Assembly (NCBI GenBank): GCA_004022145.1
Contig: RCNU01000006.1
Direction: 5' to 3' (one strand)
Source: Paecilomyces variotii
Taxonomy: Eukaryota
DNA length: 64,000 nucleotides
The notes beneath the pieces were generated by a model, which saw only the letters and a program-made list of their open reading frames with translations, was not told the DNA's origin and did not search any database. The position numbers were made by a program, and so were the translations under genes. Positions 12,271-24,610 of the stretch are shown here, in pieces (position 1 is the first letter of the stretch; each line of letters opens with the position of its first letter).

Positions 12271-13590
12271 TTGCTCTCTCGACATCAAGGGCAAATCATG
12301 ATGTGAGATGTTCTTGTTGGTTAGAGGACGGTTACGAGCAGGAGGGGGAGCCTGCATATGAGGATATGGTCTCTTACCAGCGGCGACTCCAACCATACAC
12401 TTGAATGGTATGGATGGACCATAACGAATCACGAAGATATCACTCTACTTTTTCTTGAAATGGTCATCTCATTTGGACGATTATTTATTGACGACTGCAC
12501 GACGGATTAATTCACTTATTGCATACACACTGGAAACGGGGAAGGGGTCAATGACAAAAAGATACGACCGAAGGGGATATTCCATAAGGCCGTCTCTCGT
12601 TGTCTCCCTATGTCACGGATCTACTCTACTCCAGTGATCCAACATACCCCACTCGAATAATTCGCTTCGATATCTACTTCTGGATAGATACGAGGCCATC
12701 GATACCTTTTTCTGTTTTCTCTGCACAATATTTATTTCCTTTGTCGCTGCGACTTCCCTCGGAATCTGAATAGGAAGGATCGGGATAGGATATTATTTGA
12801 CAGTACTGGCTGGATTAGGGAACTTGTCTTTCAATTCTTGATTTATTTTTATTACCATTCACAAGTTGTACAAGTATTCTGTATCCGGAATTCGTTCCAG
12901 TGAAAGGCATTATATGAAAATATTATCTACTGGACAGTAGTATCAAGAACAGACTTGCAAAAAATCTATGGCGGACCTGGGAACTTTATCAAGTTGGAAG
13001 CTTAAGATGATATCTATATCCTTCGTGGATAATTCCTGCATCTTACTACTGGCATTATCTATGTCTAACTATATCGGAAAGTCCTCTTCCTCGTAGTTTC
13101 GACTAATAAGATTTCCACTTGATCGTCGTGCTTTTCTAGCTCTTGCGCTTCAAACGAAACAGTAAAATGACCGAGGATGCCTCATTAGCAGCTGTCAGTA
13201 CTTATTATTATTACGATGGTGCTTTTTCTTGTGTGCACGCTCGGTAGGGAGTCTTCCACTGTCTGCTAGTACGGTGCTTATTCCACTTGACGATGGAGTC
13301 ATCGTCATACCTCTCGATAAGATTAACACTAATCTAATTATGTAGCTACAATATCATAATGTCCTCCTGGTAGACTACTAGGCTGCAACATGCATCCATG
13401 GATAAGGTAGTTACAAAGAGTCCCGAATTAGTACTAGTACCTATAGAACCGTATTCACCTACACAGTCAAGTTGGGATTAGTGGAGCCAGTTCACTGAGT
13501 GGTGTTTGCTCTCAAGTTAGGATCAACCGTTATAGGGACCGTTCACTTTATCTATCTAAGCGATAGAAGGGAATGGCCCTGTTCCGGATA

Positions 13591-13596
13591 TATAAA
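13591..13596 (+). promoter_or_regulatory. TATA box followed by CT-rich tract upstream of the caspase-fold gene
   Basis: TATAAA at 13591, then a pyrimidine-rich stretch ~13607-13650, typical of fungal core promoters. Confidence 0.45.
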
Positions 13597-13814
13597 GCCT
13601 GCCTAGTATCCTCTCTCCTCTACCCCATTCTTCCTTCTTCACCTCTTATAGCCTCAGCTGAACCATCATACGTATAGTATACCATTATACTCGTTCTCCG
13701 GTGACTTCGTCAATATATTATATAAAGGATTCAAGTCAGAGGACTTGGACTACATATATACTGTCTCTTTATATTTACAAATACCTACTATACATTCACC
13801 TTTCTGAAATCATC

Positions 13815-14888
13815 ATGTCCCAACTTACAGAAAGCGAGTTCCGTAATTCTCTCACGACGGCCGTCGACCAACATGCCAAAATATACACCAAGTCCTTCTC
13901 CCTTCACATAAGGTGGGAGGACGACACAGAGGCACAGAGGGATTGCGATAACTTCCAATCTTTCCTTGCTGCCTTCGGTTTCTCGCCCCCTTCCATTGTC
14001 ACCCTCGAGACAAAAGACTGGACCCACGGCTGGACAGTTTTTGAAAAGACAACGAGCATGCTGCGAGAAGCATTCAAATTTTCTACTCAAGGACGATGCA
14101 TTTGCTTTATACACTACGCCGGCCATAGCGTTGTCGGTCCAAACAACACAATACGCTTTACCTCAGCATTAGGAACCAGGAGTCTAGATGCTGACTGGCT
14201 CATAACTACATTTTCAACCGATGAAGGGGGGCTTCCCTACGACGCTCCAGTGGATATTATATACGTCTTAGATTGCCGCTATAGTTTCCTTAGAACCAAG
14301 AGTGCGCAGCCTGTTAGCCGCTCAGTTGATGTTCTTGCGGCGATTGACACGAACGCACCACGGGCGTTCGTGCCAGATCAGCGCGTGTCCTTCTCAGCGA
14401 AGCTGGCAGAGAAAGTCACCGACCTGAAAGAAACAGGTCGTCAAACAATCGACATGGCTGAGCTGATTGCTATGCTGAGAACTAAATCATCCCAGAGGAA
14501 ACCAACTCATGCAGTGCCTCTCGGAGTATCATCTGCATGTCTCTCTTTCCCCGGATCATCAGCTCCAAGAGCATATCCTGCCGATCCACCTGCACTTCGC
14601 GCTGTTTTTAGCATCGAGGTAGATAAGGACTTTTCGGATCAAGATCTCCGCAATATGATAGGTTGGTTGCATTCGCTCGGTCCGTATGCTGGGCTTATAC
14701 TAGATGCGGTCTATAGGACTAGCTCAACGGGTTTTGTCCTTCAGGGCTCATATGCCGTTTACTCGAAACTCAAGGGCCTTCCTTCGGTTAAGCTCCTGTT
14801 CGAATGCTCGGGGGGTAATTGTCTTCCGTCGGTTCTTGCTGGCAGTCCTGATGTCAGGTCGCCCCGTGGACCTTCCCGGGTCGAATAA
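13815..14888 (+). CDS. Uncharacterised protein with caspase/clan CD protease-like fold (His-Cys dyad) plus C-terminal domain
   Basis: First ATG at 13815 (MSQLTESEF), 357 aa, intronless. CFIHYAGHS (His codon 14124) and DIIYVLDCRYS (Cys codon 14274) each follow a hydrophobic strand. Confidence 0.75.
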   Translation: MSQLTESEFRNSLTTAVDQHAKIYTKSFSLHIRWEDDTEAQRDCDNFQSFLAAFGFSPPSIVTLETKDWTHGWTVFEKTTSMLREAFKFSTQGRCICFIHYAGHSVVGPNNTIRFTSALGTRSLDADWLITTFSTDEGGLPYDAPVDIIYVLDCRYSFLRTKSAQPVSRSVDVLAAIDTNAPRAFVPDQRVSFSAKLAEKVTDLKETGRQTIDMAELIAMLRTKSSQRKPTHAVPLGVSSACLSFPGSSAPRAYPADPPALRAVFSIEVDKDFSDQDLRNMIGWLHSLGPYAGLILDAVYRTSSTGFVLQGSYAVYSKLKGLPSVKLLFECSGGNCLPSVLAGSPDVRSPRGPSRVE

Positions 14889-14898
14889 TTGGTATATA

Positions 14899-15247
14899 CA
14901 GTAAAACCTGCCTATAACGAATCATTTTTGCCAGGTAGTCTAATTCGTTGTATATAGGGGATTCGTTGTATGAAAAGTGGGTCTGTATTAGTAATATAGG
15001 TATGGGTGATGAAATTCTCTAAAAAATTTTCCTTGATAGGTAATTTTTGATGAGGTAATTACTGACTAATAAGGCAAATCTGTACTTTTGTATAACGAAT
15101 TGTATGGGAAAAGTCTGAAAAAATTAACGAACTTCGTAGTAGGGAGGAATAACGAATTTTGTATGGGAATTTGAATTTGACCCGATGTCAAATTCGTTAT
15201 CTGGAGGTATTCGTTATACGCGGGTTCGTTATAGAAAGGTTTTACTG
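14899..15247. mobile_element. Non-autonomous Tc1/mariner-pogo-type MITE, 349 bp, TA target-site duplication
   Basis: TIRs CAGTAAAACCTGCCTATAACGAA (14899) and, reverse-complemented, CAGTAAAACCTTTCTATAACGAA (ending 15247), 21/23 identical. TA at 14897-98 and 15248-49; many internal TAACGAA/TTCGTT(A/G) repeats; no transposase ORF. Confidence 0.9.
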
Positions 15248-17002
15248 TAGTTGCTTTGAGTAATTGCTGTGCAAGATCTTGGACGCTTCGCTGCTGAAAT
15301 ACAGAGATTGGATAATATATCATGGAACATATCCCTCCAGAATTCGGTTTACTCACACGCTATTCTTCCTAGTGTATTGCACTCGCATATTGCAGGTTGG
15401 ACTAAGATATTGAGTAAAAAGCTCTACCTGAATCATGAGAACAAAATAAATAGTAAGTCTTGCTCAAACGAATCCATACACATAAATTAATATGAATGAG
15501 ATAGATAGTCCACTATTTTCTTCTGACGACGATATTTATAATTTATCGCCATGCTTTTTTCAATATCGCGGCGTCCCTTGCTGCGAGATATTCCCGATTT
15601 GCCTCAATTCTCCATGGCTTTCAGTGGGCGGTCCACTGTTTCTGTTTTGACAACTTAAGACCCTGCGTGGACGCAGGTCTCTTCAGAAGGGGAGGGGGGG
15701 GTGAATGAATGTCATGGACAAGACCCCTGGACACATCTAGTATCTCTCGTGAAGACTCTATATCTATGTAAGATTGGGGATGATCTTTAATGGGGTATAG
15801 ACCACGAAAGAATCCGGTTCGTTATTCGCTATTCATTCTACTCTACTCTTCTAGCGGCCAACAGATATTAACCTCGAATTCAGAATGCATATTGAGAAAG
15901 TCGCTAATACCCATGGTAAGTTATATCCGTACCCGTTTCGCGCCACGACAGCTCAAAATAGAGTGCTTGGCCTTTTATATAACAAAGAAGATCCCTAATT
16001 AAAAGTTATAATAGATTCGATAGAGCAAGAGAACACAATCTCCATCCCGATTTCGCCACAGTCAACAGTATAAAAGATACTTTCTCAAAGATACCATCGT
16101 TACTAGACCAAGTAGCAGTATGGTCTACATATTTAGACACTGCTATTTTCTCAAGACATTCGGTCAATACCGCATATACTCTACAAAGCCCAACAAAGAC
16201 GTGAAAAGGCGCTCCTGAAGCCTTTAAAGGAAGGCTCTACAAGATTGCCTTGGCAAATGCTAAAGACTTGATTTAAGTAAGTCCAAACAATCAATTACGT
16301 CGAAGACTCCCTTCAAGAATGACATCAAAGCATACGATCACATCAGAGCAAACAACGGCAAAGTCCCAAAAGCCAAAAACGACGTCCTTGATTAAGTTTT
16401 ACCACGACGCCGGTGTGAAGATCATGGAACTCCATAAGTCTCAGGGGTGGCTTTGTGCTCTAGGTCGTCTTGCAAACACTGTATCAAGCTTTCACGTCGC
16501 CAACTCAACAATGGCTGAACGTCGCAGTGCTTCGTGGATCGCTTTAGGTAAAGCTGCAGAATACCTCGTTTACAATGTCGAACGTGTTCTCCGTTAGATT
16601 GGAAAAGGGAGAGGGAACTCGAGGACAAAATGCCCCGAGAGTTGAGTTAAGTAACCACCGCTGAGCTGCAGAGATATCGACTCTGGGCACTTTACACGGG
16701 CTAGCAGACGCGGAAGATATGTGAAGATTGGACTTGCTTCTGAAGGGGATTTCGCACGGTGGGATCAGATGGGGTGGTTTAGGTCGCCTGTTGTCTAGAA
16801 GGGCGGAGATTGATTTTTATGGTTTTCATTCTTGCGAAGAAACAGAATTTGTCACAAGACTAACTAGTTAGTACTCATGTAATAAATACACCATATAGAT
16901 AATTCCAATATAAATTTGACATGACTAGAACTCGATGCTAACCGACGAGGCTAAAACAGCTTTTCCATGAATCAAAAAAACAGCGGCAAATTCCTCGTTA
17001 TC

Positions 17003-17030
17003 ACACATACACATACACATACACATACAC
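17003..17030. repeat. (ACACAT)4+ microsatellite in the 3' region of the carrier gene
   Basis: Directly visible hexamer tandem repeat. Confidence 0.85.
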
Positions 17031-17081
17031 GTATATCCTAAGAAAAAAAAGCGCGCTAATCCAAACTGAACCGAATCCTGT

Positions 17082-18572
17082 TCACTTCTTGCCCCAGAAC
17101 CAATGATACAGACTGCGCCAGTTCTTCGCTTCGTCCTCGACGTAGTCATGCACTAGTTCCGCCGTCTCTTCTGAGTCGGGATCCGGCGTTCCATTGCTGG
17201 TCATATCGACAGAGACGTTGCCGGCGACCTTGTTTCCTGTGTCGATGACATTCTCGGCGCTATCCTTCACCTTGCCTGCGATATTTTTGCCACGCGCGCG
17301 GGCTGTCTCGTACAGGTCTTCAGTTCGGTCGCGAGCGCGCTCGAGCAGTTCGTCTGGGCTGGGGTAACGGCGCAGAAGGACGAGGAGGGCATAGTAGGTC
17401 TTGACAATTAGCGAGTGCACAGCGTCTTTGGTCAGCATGGTAATGCCGTGGGAGAAGAATCCTTTTAGAACTTCTCCCGAGAGGCCGTCGTAGAGCGCTC
17501 CGGGTCCCTCTGTGCGAGCAATGGCGCTGACAGTGGTGAGAACCCTGGGCACGAAGCGGTATGACTTCGACGGGCCGTCCTCTGCATTCGCGCCGCTGAC
17601 CTGGTCCCTCGTCTTGGCCAGGGAGATGGGATAGGTGATCATCGATGCAATCACCTTGCTGATGGCGGCAAGCAAGAACACCACCGCTGGAGGGGGATTA
17701 TTCCTCTTTGACCGCGGCAGCAGCAGATACTTTAGGATCTCATTGAGAAACAGCGTAATAGACGGGTTAAGAGTCAGGATCAACGAAGCAGGATACCCTG
17801 CCCAGAAGCCCTTCAAGCCCTTCTCGGCACGAATCTTAGCGACAATGTCCTTCGTAGACGCAGACCCAGACTCGTCCAGCACCGCTGCAGTCTGCTTCCT
17901 CGTAACAATATTGCTGAGCGGGGTCGTGAGCAACTTCGAAAACCCACCCGCCAGAATACCAACCGTCAACTCATCCACGATAGGAAGGACGGCCGGCTTC
18001 CTCGAGTTCCCTGGCGTCGCCCTGGAATTCATCCTGCGCTGCCGCAAAAAGGTATACGCAAGGAAGAATAAAAACATATCCGCGACGGTCTTTCCAGTAT
18101 CCTGTCCCACTCCCGTATAAAACCCACGGATTCCCTCTTTGGCGTAGATTTTGCGCGCTGCATCCAGGATGCTGGTATATCTCTCATCCTTTTTCTCCCC
18201 ACCCTCGCTCCCTTCAGCTTGTTTTTCTTTCTTTTTCAACGCAAGTCTCTGCGCTTGCATCCTCGCCACGATCAGATTTAGAGGGTATGTTGCGAGGTTC
18301 GAGACGGCCGCTCCAGCAGCGCCAGCCAGAGCGTGTCCCAGGGCCGGGAGAGCTGGGCCCAGCAGGGCTGTTGATTTCAAGTCCTCATCGCTGGGCTCGG
18401 GACCAGAGGACTCGTATTCATAATATACTTGGAAGGAATCCTATAGAATGAACGAATTAATCACCTTCTTCTGTTCTGGTGCAAGGGACCATCTAGAAGG
18501 GGATGAAAAACATACCCAACTTGGCAGCCGCACGATGCGGATTTCCAACACCCTATTGTCGTCGTCGTCCAT
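17082..18572 (-). CDS. ant1: Mitochondrial-carrier-family protein, peroxisomal adenine nucleotide transporter Ant1-like; exons 18572-18516 and 18440-17082
   Basis: Three carrier repeats with PX(D/E)-like signatures (TYPLNLIVARMQ, TTPLSNIVTRKQ, TYPISLAKTR); GYPASLILTLNPSIT. Intron GTATGT...TAG (18515-18441) joins MDDDDNRVLEIRIVRLPSW in frame. Confidence 0.85.
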
Positions 18573-19453
18573 TGTGCGCACTTATCTCATATATCTCCGA
18601 CAGGTCGATTCTTCTTCCCTCATCAGCACAATAAGTATCAGATAGCTCCCGTCTAGCTCGCAGATGGATCGAAGAGCGGGTGTAGATAAGATAGCCAAGA
18701 TCGATAAGGCCAAATCAACGCATCAATGATCCATCAGGCAGTTCTGGCATCGGAACTTGTTCGATATTAGATTAAGACAGGTAATAAGAACTGGATAGCA
18801 AGATGATAAGTAGATGGCCTCTTTCTTTGTGGATTGACAACGGTAATAAACCCTTCGAACATTCGATCGGCCAGGGAAAGGCGGAGTTGGTGCATCACGT
18901 CATGGATACTTGGTCCGTGCACAAACAGAATCCGGAGTTGTTATGGACGGATTGATCATGTCAATAATATCATGAGATTTCATGAGATTTCTGCCGTTAT
19001 GGTATGTGGTATACCAGTCTTCGCGAGAATCATGTCGTGACTATTAACGTACGTCTACGCTACAACCCATCTATCTACTCAATGATGCAGTCCACAAACT
19101 GTGAATTCAAGAATCAAGCTGGATTGTATTCGCTACATGGATGGATGCAGGAGGAATGACCTCAAACCGAACAGCAGTGGAATCCACCACTTCATCCATC
19201 CCAGCTAATTAATAGTAACCGACCCAGCCAACCCGTATCCGATAACCGTCCGAAACCCCGTAGCCGTAGAAATTAAGTCAACCGGAAAAACAGCAGATAG
19301 AGCATCACCCATGACGCGTCAGGTAACCATCATTCCCAGTAATTGAAGAAAGCAGACAGATAGCAGCGAACACCATAGCCAAGAACCCTTTGCGCAGAGT
19401 CGAAAGAAGACCAAGACCAGGCGCGAAGTGCAACGCTCCAGGCGAGGACTCGC

Positions 19454-20060
<607 letters not shown>

Positions 20061-21471
20061 GATGAATGAGGATAATCAGAGTCTTTGTTGATAAAAAGTT
20101 GATGGAGACGACGTGATTTCGTGATGACGTTGACGCGTTGGCGTTGATTTGGCGGCCAAAGCGGATTTGGAGGGGAAAGGAAAGAAGAGAGGGAGAGAGG
20201 ACGAGGGACGATAGGTTTAAATAGGTCTGCAGGGCGCGTGATTTTGCTGGCGGGAGCGAAAATGACTAAGCGAGGTCGGGCAGGCGAGCAGGAAAGGAAA
20301 GGAAAGGGTGAGAATCCGGGCCAGCTGATTGGCGGGGCACAGGCAGCAAAAAAGGGCGTTATGAAGAGCTGCTTTGGACGCTGACTTTTTGGCATGTTTC
20401 GCCGCGTGCCCGTCCGCCGCGACTAGCAGGGCGTTTTCTCGGGAGTATATAGTCACGTGGTTCCCGTCGCTCTAGCGTCTTGGCATCCCTCCTCCTTGTT
20501 AGTTATCGCTGGCGATAAGATAAGTTCTTACTACATTGTTCCAGGGATTCTGTCCAGACTGAACTCCTTCTCAGATATTGCCTGTTATCTCTCTGTCCAT
20601 ATCATATAGCGACGATCCACACATCTGTCTTCTATATGTCACAGCCACCTCCATCCATGACCATCCCCGTAGCTGCTTCGGTCGACACTTCGACCAGCAA
20701 GACATGGAGAGAATACACTCACAAGCCAACTTATCAACTTAGCGCACCTACAATCTACAAGAAAGATTCAGATCATTTTTTGTATATATTGCCATTCAAG
20801 ATGACTTTCATTTGCCATGTAATTCGTTGGCGGATAATCCCATCCACATACAAGTCTCTCCACGAAGAAATCAAGCTAACACCATGATCAAACAGCTGAA
20901 CGCCACCCAATTATGCATGCGTATGTGATAAAACAACGCAGAGCGGAGAGACACAACTCGCAAGTACGACCTTTTTTTCGAATCAAAAACTAAACGAACA
21001 TGACGACTAAATCAAAGAAGACAAAACATATTCATAGCGTCGTAATGCATGCGAAACAGTAGTGCATAAAGTTGGTCGCCAGGCGAGAGAAGACTAATGA
21101 TGTTAAGTTATTAATGAAGAATTCCTGCATGAACAGCCTCGAACGGTGGTTTGATGTAATAAAATGCGATACTGATGAAAAGCCAGACCGGCGTTCGGAG
21201 TCCTTTGATACAGGTCTGGAACGGTCCGCGATCTCAGGCTTAGAAGTTTTCAGAAATACCCCGGTTATAACAATATCTTGGATCGCGGATATGGCAGTGA
21301 TAGTGGCATAGACGGTGCAAGCAGGAGCGGAAATGAATCAACGCGTCATACTTGCGAGCCTTACGCCAAATCGCTGTCGTTGTAGGATAGCTCTGAGTAG
21401 AACCGGGTCGTGACGCCACAACGCCACAGATAATTGAACTGGAGCTCGGGATGGACGTCGAGCAAGCCAAG

Positions 21472-23727
21472 TTATCCGTGAATGGCAGTCGGGGCGCTGG
21501 ACTCGGAAAATATGTTGGTTTGTAGCGATTGGTAGGGAAAGCCAAATTTAAGCGGCGTTGATGCATGTGAACTCGAACGAGCCGCAGAAGGAGATTGCGA
21601 GCGAGGAGTAGAACTACTCGCAACTGTAGAATCAGATTTCTCGCCATATCCAGATGGCCGAAGAGAAGAAGACGAGGAAGCAGTGGATCCGCCGGAAGCA
21701 CCGTCGGCGGCGAACTCCCAGCTAGGAGTTTCAGTTCGTTTCGAGCTGGAAAAGGGACTCTTGGGCGAACCATACTGGGACTGGTTAGTGAAGAGCTGCA
21801 AGGTGTTAAGGCGATCATTGAGAGCTTACAAAGCAGTACTTGTCGACCAGCTCTCTGTAGGTGGTCGACTCGTGATGCGGTTTGCTAGAGACAATAGAGG
21901 AGGGCTTCAAGAACTCAGAATGAGCTGAATTACTAGCCAGGCCAGGAGGAGGTGTGGCCTTGCCTGTCAGTGGCCCGCTCTCCTCCTTCGCGCGCTCATT
22001 CTGCCTGCTTGCAGAATCGAGCCTGGCTCTGGCCGACAACACTGTTCGGTCCTGAGCAGTGTCCTTCCTCTGCATCGCCGCAGAGAGGGACACTCCAAAA
22101 TCATATCGGTTGCCGAAAGCCTGGCGGGACGAGCTGCTCTTGCGTGGGGGTGGTGGGTCGGAGATCAAGAGTCTCGCGGCGGGCTGCTAGACAACCGCAG
22201 AGAGGAATCCGTACGTTTCGCGGTGGTGTCAGGTCGTCGAAAAGGATCATAGTTGTCCATTGCTGAAACAAGGTCACCAAAATAGGGTGGCATCGAGCGC
22301 GGCCTGGGGACACTGGGCGCCGATGGATTTCTGCTTCGCGGCAGGGCATGGCGAGGTCCCACACCTGGGACGCTGTGCTTCTCTATCCCGGCCTTTGGCT
22401 TCTTGATGAAGTCGACTTGATAGTTCAGGTTAGAATTATTGTCCCAGTACTCCTGTCCCTGGATGTTGTACCGGACACAAATGAACATCGTCTTGGATTC
22501 GAGGTTTGCCTGGTCAGCCAGCTTGATGCTGAAGTTGAACCTATCATATCCATCATGAGCCTGTTTCCTACGGACATCGTGATTGTATTCCGCCGTGACC
22601 TCGGAAATGGTCCTCCAATAATCCAATGTGAAGCGAGCTACCACGAGCTTCTGAAAGGCAAGATTGGCGACAGCGACGACTCCAACCAGGTTCTTGTTGT
22701 CAGACGACATGAAGAGGCGTTCCAGGCGAACCACTTGGTGCAGTCTCGCAGATGGATCCCGGGGGAAATTTGGTAGCCGCAGTTCCCACTCGAACTCTGG
22801 TCCTCTTGGACCGCTGCCGAAAGGATATTCGGCGTCATCCTCGTAGTCTTCAGTCGGGGAAGTCTCTGCGCTCACAGCGAGCGGCCTGTCCAACTGTAGG
22901 AAGTGACGGATATGCTCGAGCTGAGCATCAAAGTGCACCGCTTTGGCGAAGGTGGGGGTTCCCGGCATGCTAGATGGCCGTCTCTTGGCTGAAGCAGGGC
23001 GGAGAGCCGGTCGAACCAGTTCACCAGACTTCTTCCGCACCATGGGAGGTGCCCCCTGCAATTCATTTTCTTGGTCGCTATCATCAGAGGAGGAAAGAGG
23101 GAGTCCAGGTACCACAATAGAAGACTCTGTAGAGGAGCGGGAGTGTGAAATCTTCTTCGCTTCTCTAGACAGCGGCGCACGCAATGGGATCTGTGGTGGG
23201 GTGGCTGTCGATGGAGATACGTCGCCGGACGAGTCGCCATTTTGCTCAATTCTAGTCGAGTCCGCGGGGGATATCTCCCGCTCCTTCTGGATCGACTTGA
23301 TCGCTTCCTCCAGCCCATCCAACGAGGGCTTCATCATCGTCGTCGTCTTCTTCCTTCGCTCCCCCTCCTCATCATCACTGGAGTTAGCTACCGACTCCGG
23401 GGGAGATATAACAGCGCCTGGGGGGATGGTAGCATCAGTCAGTGGCGGAGGGGACTGCCGTACGCTCGACCGGGGGTCGACATCGTGGATCCGAGAAACC
23501 TCAAGTGAGGAGGCCTCCACCGCCGGAAGGATGACAGCCTTGCTCACAGATGGACTTCTGCGGTGTCTGCGGACATAGGTTGTGGAGGAATAGGAAAAGG
23601 GGAGGCGAGGCCGCCCAGGGACGGCATTGACCGGTTCAGATGGCTGGGCAGCCGGCTGGAGCGCTGTAGTTGAGTTCTGAAGTCCATCCGCGAGGGGCGA
23701 CGACTGCGAAGGCGCAGTGTAGGGCAT
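21472..23727 (-). CDS. gac1: Protein phosphatase 1 glycogen-targeting regulatory subunit Gac1-like (RVxF motif + CBM21); apparent 1-nt frameshift near 22168; intron 21829-21775
   Basis: ATG at 23727 (MPYTAPS); MVRKKSGELVRPAL, KAVHF (RVxF-type), CBM21 motifs (GVVAVANLAFQKLVVARFTLDYW, YWDNNSNLNY). The C-terminal part RQAFGNRYDFG...ELVDKYCF is in another frame, followed by a GTAAGC..CACTAAC..CAG intron and a last exon ending SAPTAIHG*. Confidence 0.85.
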
Positions 23728-24536
23728 CCGGCCGGCTTGTATTGACACTCACGGACACGGGGTTGACAGTACGCTCAGGAATTATCCTCGCACAGGCAAG
23801 TGATGATTCAGAGCGAGATCCACCTCAGTAGACTGTCTACGATCCACGGTGCAAGGAAAGACGGGTACGGAGCTGTGAGGGATTCCTTGTCAGTGAGGAG
23901 TCACCAGAAAAGCGCAACAATAGCAGAACAGTAATAATAATGATGGCGAGGTAATATCCGGTGATCACGTCGTAGAGCGGGAAGTGAATGGTGAAATAGC
24001 AGACAGAGACCGAACACAGTCGACAGGATTGGATGCTCCCAGACACTTGAGAGGAAGCAGACATCATGTACTGGGGGGTGTGTGTCCTGGTCGAGGACGG
24101 TGGCAAGGAGGATAACATTATAACATCATGGACAGGCATCCTCCTCCATTGATAGCAGACCATACGGGATAGCCCAAGCACAGCGTCATGAGAGGAAAAG
24201 TGAACGAATTCAGGTCAGAGGATCAATCAAGCTTGACAACCAGGTCCAACATTTTTTGAGTCCATTGCAGGTCATCGTGGTATAGGAACGCAATCACGCA
24301 TGGGCTGGAGGGAGGAAATCTACGGGGGCAAAACTGTGATGTTATACGGGAGGGCAAGAACGAAGAAGTCCAATTACCTCTGGCAGACGACGACCGGACA
24401 TCTAGAGATTGTTGACCAGACCCAATGCAAAACGAAGGAAACAGAGGACAAGATGCAATCGATGGATGATGCAGATAAAAGAAGAAGAACCAGGAGGAGT
24501 AATTTAATGGCCCTGTCAGGATGGCACGGGGACGAC

Positions 24537-24610
24537 GAGGGAGAGGAGGAGAGGAGAGGAGAGGAGAGGACAGTGAGAGGCGAGGAAGTAAGAAGTAGGA
24601 AGTAAGAAGT
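24537..24610. repeat. GA-rich low-complexity tract (CT-rich on the minus strand), probable gac1 core-promoter/leader element
   Basis: GAGGAGAGGAGAG... and AAGTAAG repeats visible; role inferred. Confidence 0.55.

Noticed and set aside
16319-16597. 92-aa ORF with somewhat protein-like composition
   Set aside because: No family recognised and no convincing gene structure; may be a relic.
22186-22214. Possible tiny intron (GTACGG...TAG/CAG, minus strand) to repair the gac1 frame
   Set aside because: Only 28-31 nt, no branch site, and either acceptor gives the wrong frame.
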